Positions 11,797 through 23,500 of a stretch of 64,000 nucleotides of DNA are shown here, in pieces; position 1 is the first letter of the stretch, and every line of letters begins with the position of its first letter. The position numbers and the translations under genes are program-made. The notes below the pieces were generated by a model. That model saw only the letters and a program-made list of their open reading frames with translations, was not told the origin of the DNA and did not search any database. The stretch comes from Glycera tridactyla (taxonomy: Eukaryota), in contig OZ286460.1 of assembly GCA_965644265.1 (NCBI GenBank), positions 50,158,001-50,222,000 on the forward strand. Reading direction: 5' to 3'.

Positions 11797-14139
11797 TTTA
11801 GGTGTGTTTGTGTGTGATTGTGATTGAGTCACACATTTACATGAGAATGGGATGTCAGCCAACATATACTTGCAAGAGGGAGATCAGAATGATGATCAAT
11901 ATATCCTGCCAAGGGGAGTGTGATGTTAATGGCAGTGGCCACATCACTCAAGAGGTAGTGGTGGTCATAGTGAGTACTCTATACCAAATACAAGGATTTG
12001 ATTGGCTACTGGCAAAAAACCCTGGAGTCCAACTGGAAGATTTTGTTGACCGAGAAACCCCAACTACTGCCAAATAATGACTACTTTAGCTCCATACAAA
12101 TACATGCTCTATCTTCACTAATTCTGGTCTGATTTTCATGATCTCGAAACCAAAATGACCAGGATAAACTGCTCTTTTCTGTCATATTCATGGATAGTTG
12201 CATTTGTGACTAAAAACATGTAGATCTGCTGAACAATCACATCCCTGAAAATACTAGTGGCAACTCTCAGGGGAAACTCACCCGTGGTGCTGACTCTATG
12301 AACTGTTTGCCACTTGATGTTTGTGTTAGTAGACGGAATTTATTATCTTGTAAGACATAAACACCCTGGAAGGGAAAAAAGGATAACATTATGCCAAGCA
12401 TTATACATTGAAAGCGGTGGGAAAAAACAATCTAAATAACACAATAAAGTGTCATGGAACAAATGATCCTCATCAATTGTATCCTGATTACCTCAAGTAG
12501 AAAGGGTATTTCTGAAATATTATTTATTTTCAATAGAGGTAATCTCCCATCAGGAGGTTCCTTTATTACACGGTAGTTGGTGATGTCATCTGATAGTCAT
12601 CAGTGTATCTGGTGTGGGTAGAGGTGTGTCTGCATTGTTAGCTACTCCTACTTGACAAGATCTTTGGTCTCACATTACCTTGTTCATTGAGTTAAGAGTA
12701 TTTGAGAGTGATGCTATCAGGGGATAGCGTATCCAGCTCTTATAGATCAGGAATACATGGCATACGAAATCCATCAGACTTATAAATAAGAAAATCAACA
12801 TTCATAAATTAATAATGACCTAACTCTGTTTTATATACAGTCGAACTTGTTCAAGAGACCACCTCTCTATGAAGACTACCTGTTCATGAAGGCCACCTTG
12901 ATCGTTGACCATTATAGTATTTTCAGCAGTAAATGACCTCTCTATAAAGGCTACTTGCCTATAAAGGCCACTTTCTGATGCGACCAAAGGTTGCCTTTAT
13001 AGACAGGTTCAATTGTAGCTGTGAATTATCTGCAAATATCATGTCACCCACTCTTAAAAAATTAGACACGTAAGAGCTTCACAGCAATGGAAATCCAATA
13101 GATAGCCTCAGTATTTACTGTAATATTGATTTGAATGGTGATGGAGTGGTGGTGCAAATAACTCTCTCAGGGATGGAATTAGAAAACAATCTCAATTACC
13201 TGATGATTGGTACGAAGATTATCCACTTGTTTTTTGAACACTGCAGACCAGAAATCTTTACAGATGAATTTCATTGTGTCAAGTTCATCTTTATATCGAG
13301 GTGCATCTTTGGTGAAGCGCTCCACCATACTCTGTCCTACCCTGAAACCCATTGCCTCAAGCTTGGATATGCAGTTCACCTACAACACATGAGAGAATCA
13401 TCAATAGAAAGAGAACCATGTGACCAGATTCATGAGGTGACATCTTGGCCATGGATCATCATCAGTCCATCATGATCCTGGGGCAGGAAGCCATGGCATT
13501 GATCCCCTTCATTCAGTTGTGATATTTAGACTAAAAAATGCTATGTATTTTTTTCATTAATTTGTCACTATAGGCCAAGCTGATTCGAAGTCGTACATCA
13601 TTATATCAGGCTGTTGTATGGATGCCATCTGTTGAGGATTTTGAGAATCGCCTGAATGCCTTTTGGGAGGACATATAGACAATTGAAATGACTTTCTCAA
13701 ATTTAGACATGGATACATAGGCACGGGCGCCTGAGTGCAATATGAAATTGCAAGCATTAAATCATAGGAATACTGCCATCGCCATTGAAATGAGAAGTGT
13801 ACGAATCCACACATTTGGTTTAAGGTTGAATATGTAAATGAACTTCATCATAGAAGTATATGTATAGTGTGGTCATATGCTCAAACAATGGGGAGAAACG
13901 TGTAGCTTGTAATTACCCACTCCTGAAGCAGATTCTCTAAACCTGGGTAAATTCAGGTAAATCTTTGTAGCCTAGGGGGTGTGTAGTCATTGGGGGGGGG
14001 GGGGGGGGGGGGCTGGGAAATGAGGGAGTTCCCAATGAAAGACCAACTTTGAACTCACCGACTCCTCTTTGGTCAACTTTTGATGAAACTGTGAAACCAT
14101 TTCCATATGCAACATCTCGAAAAGCACCTCATCTGCCAT
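10702..14139 (-). CDS. TRAPPC6B: Trafficking protein particle complex subunit 6 (TRAPPC6B-like), 5 coding exons, 156 aa
   Basis: Exons 14139-14059, 13379-13200, 12365-12282, 11184-11091, 10733-10702; 471 nt, all GT-AG and phase-consistent. Reads MADEVLFEMLHMEMV...KLEAMGFRVGQSMVERF...FICKDFWSAVFKKQVDNLRTNHQGVYVLQDNKF...AFACGLVRGALANLG...CKFQIQIQRL*. An extra in-frame ATG lies at 14142. Confidence 0.95.
11091..11184 (-). CDS. TRAPPC6B: TRAPPC6 exon 4
   Basis: cag|HLAFACGLVRGALANLGITCVVTAEVTQMPA|gtgagt, 94 nt. Confidence 0.93.
12282..12365 (-). CDS. TRAPPC6B: TRAPPC6 exon 3
   Basis: cag|GVYVLQDNKFRLLTQTSSGKQFIESAPR|gtgagt, 84 nt. Confidence 0.93.
12838..13015 (+). mobile_element. TA-MITE family A in TRAPPC6 intron 2
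   Basis: TA|CAGTCGAACTTG...CAGGTTCAATTG|TA. Confidence 0.8.
13200..13379 (-). CDS. TRAPPC6B: TRAPPC6 exon 2
   Basis: tag|VNCISKLEAMGFRVG...LRTNHQ|gtaatt, 180 nt. Confidence 0.95.
14059..14139 (-). CDS. TRAPPC6B: TRAPPC6 exon 1
   Basis: MADEVLFEMLHMEMVSQFHQKLTKEES|gtgagt, 81 nt. Confidence 0.9.
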
Positions 14140-14142
14140 CAT

Positions 14143-14478
14143 GAAATAAATCGAGCTACTTTTTGTCCCCCAAAATCAGCTACTTTTGCAAAAACACCTC
14201 CTCCTGTCAGCTGGCAATGTTGTTTATTGTCAGGTTGCGATACTTCATATTCGATCACTGTGAAAATTAAATTGAGATAGTGCCTTGTTAATTCATTTCA
14301 ATGCATAGTTCTATGCCAGATTTTATCCATTTTTTTTGCTGATTGGAATTTAAGAAAAACAATTGCAAGTCATGGTCGTTTAGGCCGATTAATTTGTTGC
14401 AGTAAGCGGATATACAGAATTTCAGAGCTGATCCCTAAATATCATTCACGCATGCGCACATCCGGAACCAATATGGCG
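14143..14478. promoter_or_regulatory. Bidirectional promoter TRAPPC6/PNN
   Basis: About 330 bp between divergent ATGs. NRF1-like CGCATGCGCA at 14449-14458, ETS core CCGGAA at 14462-14467, YY1-like CAATATGGCG at 14469-14478; CpG-rich from about 14440 to 14920. Confidence 0.75.
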
Positions 14479-14591
14479 CTATCGCGTGGTCTGACGGCTC
14501 TTCAAGAAGAGCTCGAAAAGGCCAAAGAAAGCCTAAAAGGTGTTGATGAAACCATAAAGAAATTGACAGGAAGAGAGCCCAATAGTGCAAG
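14473..14591 (+). CDS. PNN: PNN exon 1
   Basis: MALSRGLTALQEELEKAKESLKGVDETIKKLTGREPNSA(R)|gtaatt. Confidence 0.93.
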
Positions 14592-17500
14592 GTAATTCAG
14601 ACAGTCTTGTCTTCTCGGTCTGACTGTCACCGGATATGCAATGGCTGTTTCAGTTGGGAATGTTTGCTTCGCTTGATGGCCATCGATCACAACGCCGAGC
14701 GACCGACGTGTTGGCCGCGTTGTCCGTCCGGCGAATCGGGTCTCGGCACGCCGGCAGGAGAGGCACGCCCCGTCCTGGCTGGCATCAGCATGGATCAACT
14801 CAAATACCACTCAGAATGGGGTACCGCATTGTTATGTCGCGGACATTGTCGAACCAGCCACGTAGGCTACTTTATCTGATTGGGCTCCAATTTGGAGGGC
14901 GTTTGTCAATTGACGGACGCCCTCTTATCTTGATTGGCATCTCCCTTACTTACTTATTGAAATAGATCACACTGTCAGTGCCTCCAACCATCCCAAAGTT
15001 TATCCCCAGTGCGCAAAAGTTCTAACCACCTGTACACATTTCGCCAAAGGAACTCCTTTTTTCCTAGGACAATCTGCGATTGGAACACCCGCCCAGCGAA
15101 CATTGTCGCTCCACCAACATCAGACTCTCCTCAGTCTGGCAATCAGTTCAAAGACCGACTCAGACGGGTCAGCCATCCGTAGGGCCCATGTACATCCCCC
15201 CCCCCCTCATCAGCGTCATACCCAGTATTGGGGTTTGCTGATTACTCATCAGATTCAGATTGTATACTACATTTTTTTGCCATTCTATCAACATTTTTGA
15301 CTACATTACAAGATACAAAACTTCTTCATTGACGCTTTACCCATTGGTAGACATCAGCAGTACTGTCAATAAACATCTACTTCTTCATTGACACTTTGCC
15401 CATTGGTAGACATCAGCAGTACTGTCAATAAACATCTACTTCTTCATTGACGCTTTGCCCATTGGTAGACATCAGCAGTACTGTCAATAAACATCCACTT
15501 CTTCATTGACGCTTTGCCCATTGGTAGACATCAGCAGTACTGTCAATAAACATCCACTTCATTGACGCTTTGCCCTTTGGTAGACATCAGCAGTACTGTC
15601 AATGAACATCTACTTCTTCATTGACGCTTTGCCCTTCGGTAGACATCAGCAGTACTGTCAATAAACATCTTCATTGACGCTTTGCGCTTTGGTAGACATC
15701 AGCCATACTGTCAATAGACATCTACTTCTTCATTGACGCCTTGCCCATTGGTAGACATCAGCAGTACTGTCAATACCAGGGCTCCCACGCGCCCGGGAAA
15801 AGCCCATGAAAACCCTCGAAACCCGGGAAATCTGCTGAAATTCTGTGAAAATCGTGTTTTTCGGCAGATTCAGCATGACAAGAGCAACGCGGAATCGGAA
15901 ACGAAACATTCGACAGAGCAGCGGTTGGTGTCACGGCCCGGGGATAGATAGCGAATAAAGAATGCCTCGGGGGACTAACGCAAACAAAAGACAGCTGTGT
16001 ATTATCATAAGATCGGCTGATAATCAGATAATCCTGGCTTAATTGCAATTGACAGAACACCGGTTCAAAAGCTGCGCACGAAATACACGGGATGCTCGTA
16101 AAAACGTCTTCTGCGCATCTTGTTTTCTTGTTAGTTCCCGATAATTCCATCATGTGGCGCTGTTCGCGCCTTGACAGAAGCGCCACTCGGCGCGTAGTGA
16201 GATCGATCTGAACTATCAGCAGCTTACGTTTTGGCGTGAAAATTTGAATGACTGACAAAGTAGCCTGGGAAAAATGGCCATTTTAGCCCTTAAAAAGCCC
16301 TGGAAAAGCCCTTGAATTTCATATGTCTCAAAGTGTGGGAGCCCTGCAATACACATCTACTTCTTCATTGACACTTACCCATTGGTAGACATCAGCAGTA
16401 CTGTCAATAAACATCTACTTCTCAGGGTTCGCACAGGCCCTGAAAACGCCCTGAATTCGAACCCCTGCCCTAAAAACGCCCTAGATTGAGATAGGCCCTA
16501 AAACGATCTCAGCAGCAAGAGACAGCGAGAAACATGCCACTAATTCAAAGGGTGAAGAGGAAGTACAGCGACAACAAAAGCATCAAATACCATGAAGAAT
16601 GCGTGTTGGTCCAGGGAATTAAGCACAACGGGGGTTAGATTTAATCCTCAATGGTTTTTCGCGGAGACAAAGGCAAAATCCGAGTCGTTTATCCATCGCC
16701 AATACCCGAGTTGAGAGAAGGCTGCCGTGACCTCTGGTGGCGACGATCAGCGTTGCTAGAGAGACAAACGATTCACCGTGCCATATTAAATCGTATTCAC
16801 TACCATTGAAAGTCATGTCATTTTTATACCCCGCTCTTGAAAAAGCGGGGTATTATAGTTTCACCTCCGGCGTCCGTAAGTACGTACGTCCGTCCGTCCG
16901 CTCACATTTCATGCAATAACTTTGGATTAGCTGAGCCGATTTTCATAAAACTTCACAAATGTGATCTATGTAAAAATCGTATTCCAGAATTTGATTTTTG
17001 TACCTGATGGTCAAAGGTCAAGGTCACAGGAGCTATTTATAGATTTTCATATTTTACACTCTAACTCAAGCTAGCCTCAATAGATATGCACCAATCTTAC
17101 ACACAGTAATGACCCAATGGTGGACCACCTCCCTTTCGTTGCATGTGACCCTAGGTCAAAGGTCAAGGTCACAGGACCTATTTATAGATTTTCTTATTTT
17201 ACACTCTAACTCAAGCTAGGTTCGATAGATATGCACCAAACTTACACAAAGTAATGACCCAATGGTGGGCCACCACCCCTTTGTTGCATGTGACCCTAGG
17301 TCAAAGGTCACAGGAACTATTTATAGATTTTCTCATTTCACACTCTAACTCAAGCTAGCTTCAATGGAAATGCACCAGACTTACCCAAAGTGACGACTTA
17401 ATGGTAGGCCACCTCTCATTTGATGCATTTGACCCTGGGTCAAAGGTCAAGGTCACATGAGCTATTCATAGATTTTCTTATTTTACACTCTAACTCAAAT

Positions 17501-20500
17501 TAGCATTGATGGATATGCACCAAACTAACACACAGTAATGACCCGATGGTGGACCAACTCCCTATTGATGCATGTGACCCTAGGTTAAAGGTCAAGGTCA
17601 CAGGAGCTATTAATAAATTCTCTCATTTTACACTCCAGCTCAAGCTTGCATTGATTGATATGCACCAAAGTTTCACAACGTAATGACCCAATGGTGAGAT
17701 ATCTCCCATTCGATGCAGGTGACCCTGGGTAAAAGCAGGGCGCGAAGACATCGAAAAAATTCACCCGCCCGACGGGCGGGTAAAGTTAAATATCACCCGC
17801 CCCCGTCGAAAAATAACCCGTCCGTACACAATTTCACGAAATCGAGGAAACACTCGTATATATACGTCTAATCGCCATGGAAAACACCTCAAACGTGATA
17901 AATTCATTCGTAAGATCGGCTTCCTCGTGGTTCCGAAACCTGCGCAGATGCTCGGAAATCGTCTTCTGCGCACATTGTTGACATCTCGCGACGAGAGCCC
18001 TATGAAAGCAGGTCGCTGATTGGTCGATTTCGCCGCGATTCCGGCAATTTGGCCAATCAGTGAACGCGACAGATATTTGTGTTGGTTCTTTCACACCTCC
18101 AGCATTAAAGATGGCGATGGGTCTTCCGAAAGTGACGAAACTCGCTAGCAAATTTGACAAATAAACTTCGTTTTCGCGACTTTTAGATGCGATCTAACAG
18201 AAATATGGCCAAAAGAGACCGCCCGAAAAAGACGTGTAACTTTGAAATTCACCCGCCCGACGGCGATTTTGGCACGCCCGGGACGTTCGGGAGGCGATGT
18301 CTTCGCGCCCTGTAAAAGGTCAAGGCTGTAGGAGCTACTTGTAAATTTCAGCATCTCACACAATAACTCAGGCTAGCATTGTTGGATAAAGATCAAACTG
18401 ATCTGGGATGATCAAGCAATGTTACAACATCTCCCTTACAATGCATGTGACCCTAAGTCATAGGTCGAGGTGAAGGTTTCAGGTGCTACTGTTAGATTTC
18501 CTTATTCTACACAGTGATCTAGTGACTCATTACATAGCCAACCAAACATCTCAATGACCTTTTCCGATGTGGGTTACCCACTGTGCTCCCGTGTGCAATA
18601 GGGTTACCCACTGTGCTCTCATGTGCGGGGTATCTTGCCCCTCTGTGGCCTTGTTTGCTCTCTTACTGCCTCAATTTTAATTTGATTCACTTCTGCAAAC
18701 ACACCACACCACCACCACCTGTCACAATAGAATCATAGATGTCCGGACATATCGGCCACGGCAAAACCGGCCTGCCTTGCAGCGCACCCTGACTGTTTCG
18801 GCCATGCTACCTGACCGTTTTGGCCACCCGACTTTGACATAAATTTGTGAAGAAACTATCTCGAATATCATCATGCCATTCACATGCATGTAGAGAATTC
18901 TCTTACGAGTTTAGACATCTGTGAATTGTGCATTTTTGACAAGAATTCTTGAATTAATCGCCTGTGTTCGACATGGTAGTCGTATGCTCAGTTTGAAAGA
19001 TCGTTCACTGTTGTAGAAATGACCCAACACCTCCATTTCAGACGCTCGCCGTGTTATAAGTACTGATCGGATCTCAGAATCACATGCATATCTAGACAGA
19101 TGAGAAGTTACACTTTATATTGGTACATATATCTTCAAATACGAAATACATGTGATATTAAGTGAGCGCCAAGCATTCAAAGTTGATGTTTTTACTATGG
19201 TCATGGATATGCGAGTCGTGTTGAGTGCATGCCGTTGTACTCTCTAGTCCGAGTCCGGCGACGTGGCCGATTCGCCGTAGTCAGATTTGACAGGCTACCA
19301 ATATGTGGCCGATTCGCCGTTGGCCGAATCGTCCGTCAATCTGATCATAGGTTCAATGGCATTCAAGCTTTCAATGTGCAGTGATCTGGTTCTTCATGCA
19401 AGNNNNNNNNNNNNNNNNNNNNNNNNNNNNNNNNNNNNNNNNNNNNNNNNNNNNNNNNNNNNNNNNNNNNNNNNNNNNNNNNNNNNNNNNNNNNNNNNNN
19501 NNNNNNNNNNNNNNNNNNNNNNNNNNNNNNNNNNNNNNNNNNNNNNNNNNNNNNNNNNTGAATAAAACAAGATGGCGGCGATTGTTTACGTCTGATATCG
19601 CCGTTTTCGGCCACCGTGTAACAACATGAATACATAAATACATTGAAATCAAGATATAGTACATCCAATCGATGGGGAATTTAGTTTTCTTCATACATAA
19701 ATGTATATGGCGAATGGAATATGTCAATTGACCTGCCATCCGTCAATTGTTGCGCTATCCATCAATCATTGCACTAACTAGCGATCGGTGGTTGGCGCAG
19801 CTCCATCATCACTCCTAAAGATTGGCATCATCACTAATTTTGGTCATTTGAGGCGTCCTCAATGAGGCCATCATCCCTGCATGTCACTCATGGTGTTTTT
19901 CTTTTTGTGTATTATCAAGTATTTTTTCAATCCTTTCAGGCCCAATCAGAGGCGACCCAGTGGTGGAGACTCTAGAGGCAGGGAGGCCCGTCTGTTTGCT
20001 CTCGCTGGCATACGGTAAACATTATTCAGCCTCTATGTTTCCCTTTGATTCTCTTAGCACTACCCAGTGCCTGCATGAACTTCACCAGATATTCAAATTT
20101 AACAACTTTGCTAACATTGTTGTATGTTGGTGACAGAGAACTCAGTGAAATGTGTGATGTGCGCACCATTTAACAATGGCAGAAACTTGCAGTACTATCA
20201 GGATGTCCATACATGCATGATGTTCTTGGTACTATGACTCATGATCACATTTTTGACTTGATATCAAGTGACTCATAGCTAATATAGACTGTTCATGGAT
20301 GAGTGCTTAAAGTGGTTCTCAGGTGAAATATACAGGTAAACTTTTCTACTCTGGCCATCCTTGCTCGAGTGTGAATGGTTTCAGTAGAAAAGAGTGACCT
20401 CTGTATAGAGTTGGTCCATGGTTTGAACCACCACTACAGTCACAGAAAAGATGACCTTCCTTGGTAGATGGTCTCTGAAGAGAGGTGGTCTTTGTAGCAG

Positions 20501-23500
20501 GTTTGGCTGTGGTTAGATTTTAATGCTAATGTCATTGGTTTGATTTGTACAGGCGGAGCATTTCAAACGAGGATGGTGGGCCTGCTGCCAAGCGGCGATC
20601 ACTGGGAGGACCATCACCCATAGGAGGGGCATTCAGCAGGTAAGCAACATTCATATTTGACTTAAAACGTCCTCGATTTTGCAAGATTGCTACAGAGTCC
20701 TCAATTGTGGCAAAACCAGGGATTTTCTTACTTTGGAATATGTATGGGTCTCTCAGGCACATTGATGCAGATTCCATGTGTCATTTCGGATTTATGTGTG
20801 CCTCAAACCATGTAATCATATCAAAGTATGGGAAATTCCATGTGCCTTCTGGTTACAAAATATATGGTTTAATGTGCCTTTCACAACTTTATGTGCCATT
20901 TAGCACAGGGCACAGCATAAAATTATCCCTGTGAAACACTCCTGGAAAATGATCACATGTACATTGTAGTAGAATTTTGGCATGATGACCACCTCAGTTG
21001 TATGGACTATGATGTTGATTTGTGATAGTTGTCATACAAATTGCGAACAAAATCTACTGTGTTGGTGGTGTCTGGCATTTGAGTAGCAAAAGATGCACAT
21101 TCAATGCAAACTTTTTATGCGTAGAGTGTTGAATCGTGACCAACAAAGATGTTTTTTCTTAGATTCTGTGAAGAAGTTGCCACCTATTGGTATTGATATT
21201 TGTTCTGAGAAAGCACTGAGCTGTTATAATATTTCTGCCTCTGCTAGGCAGGTGAATTTTGAACCTACCAGCCCACCATGGAAATACGCCTGTCCCTGAC
21301 AGTTGGGAAGCTATGTCTCTCCCTGATCATTCTATTGGGAATTACATCGGGCAGGGCTCTATGCTAAGGGTTGCCCTACTGGCGCAGGCAGGTAAATTTT
21401 TAGTTAAGGCAGGTGATTTTGTCAGTCCACCTGCCCGATCGGCAGGTACCAGTACTATTTGGCCTATGATTATATGTAGGAGGGCAAGTGAAATCAGCAG
21501 GGAGGGCAGGTGAAAATCCCACTACACCGGCCCAAAGGACAACTAAAGAAAAAGTTAATGTGGAGCCCTGTGGGGGTGCCATATCATTTTCGTGAGATTG
21601 AGCACTGGCTTGTTATCCAAAATTTACCTGTTCTTTGAACAATGCCATCAAAGAAGGAAAAAAAATTGCAGGAATTGATGGTTCAAGTCTGGTCTGATTC
21701 AGGACAAATAGTTGAATTAGGAGGGTGGGATCATACATGGGGAAGAGTGAATACTGTATTTGCCCAATCTCATACTGACTGCCACCTTGCCTCTCATATA
21801 TCATAGACTCGGTCCTCGTGTCGGTGGTGGCGGTGGTCCCCGAGGCGGTGGCGTTGGCATCCGAGCACGCCTGGGATCAGGAGGAGGTCGACAAGCAGGT
21901 CCAGACAGCGGCGATGAAGACGACCAAGGCGAGAAGGTATGTTTGATCAGCATGAGACTAATCAATGTCCAAGATGCTGATTTTCAGCATTTTTTACTGA
22001 GAAACCTGTGACGATACCGCCCTAAATGTCACCAAATGTAGTCTCGAAAGAAGTGGTCTCTATCGGAGGTATATTTGACTATGTCAAGTAAAAAGCTGCC
22101 CTGTGAAAGAGTCCATCCTAAATGTCACCAAAAAGTAATCCCAAAAGAAGTTGTTTATCATTGGAGGTATATTTAACCATGTGAAAGGGGAGAGCTGCCC
22201 TGAAAAAGTGGTCCCCCCTGGAGGTGGTCTCTCGTCGCAGGTTTCACTGTAGTCACAGCTCCTAAAGAATAGAATCCGGTCTGGTAATGACTACATACAC
22301 AAGAATTTCCTGCTCTGATACCGATGGCTCAGCGCAATACTAGGCTAACTCACTATAGACAAAGAGAAGAGTTAGCCTAGTATTGCGCTGAGCCATCGAT
22401 ACCATACTCATATTCGTTGAGAGCATGCATCATCTAGTTGTCATTACTTTCTTCCAGCCCGCTGTCCAGTCCTCCGTGGTCGCACCCACAAAAGAAAAAA
22501 GATCCAGACAAGATCTCATCCGCGAGCAATCCAAGGATACGAAAGGCATTGCTAGGTAACTCCTCTTGTTCTTGACATTACTTCCATCAGACTAGTATAT
22601 AATTTATGAAGGGATATAGATTGTGAGGAAATTACAAACAGATTTCTGATCGCAGGATGTACAACAGTGATTGCGCCATCTTCTTCCAAAATAAAGGAAA
22701 ACACCCTTGAAACCAGAGACTCTTGCCCAGGATAGCTAGAAACCTCAACGATATGTTCTTGGAGAATGAATGGAATGGAGATGGATTTCATGCTAGGAAC
22801 AATGCCAAGAAGGTCATATGTGGTGCAGAAAGTTCATCAAATGAGAAGGGTCAATGCTTTAAGTTCTTCACCGGATGGAAAGAGATCTCATGCTGAGGTT
22901 GAAATCAACATCCCATTAGCCTGACTGGGTGTCAGATTGCGACACTCCTGACATTGCGATATTTGATGCAGTGGCGCAGAGATTTTGCCCAAAAATTAAG
23001 TGGATGCTTCAGCCAAATTTGCTACAGAAAATGTTAATATTCGCCATATTTTCAAGTTGGTAGGTCATCATTTATAGGAAAAACTGGCTTTGTTTTACAC
23101 TTTTTAGGAAGAAGTTAGAATTATTGAAAAGGAAATGATGCCAGTAATGTTTACAGTGAGCGAGTTTGTAGGTGATATTATGGTTTCCTTTCTGTACATG
23201 AGCCAGCTCGAAAAGGTGGCAATATATTGACCCCCACCCCACGCCTCAAATTCTTCCTCCAATATCAACCCCACCTTCCTCAGCCCCCCCCCCCCCCCCC
23301 CCCCCTCCCCCATCCCAACGGTATCCCCTTTTCCCGCTTCCAGACTGAGTATTCCCCCACCACGGTGATAAATGGAATAGCCCTGCACCTGAATTTATTG
23401 CATTCTGCAATTTCCATGTATATTTCCATGTGTTTGTAGGAATCGGCGGATGTTTGGGGCACTGTTGGGCACACTAACCAGCTTCAAGAAAGAAGCTAGC

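Noticed and set aside
15320-16422. CRISPR-like array or a 20-aa repeat ORF
   Set aside because: Units are contiguous 59-mers with no unique spacers, 59 is not a multiple of 3, and there are no cas genes in this eukaryotic intron
15777-18312. Bacterial contamination or HGT suggested by CpG-rich islands
   Set aside because: The islands have TIRs and TSDs and lack coherent ORFs; they are young transposons
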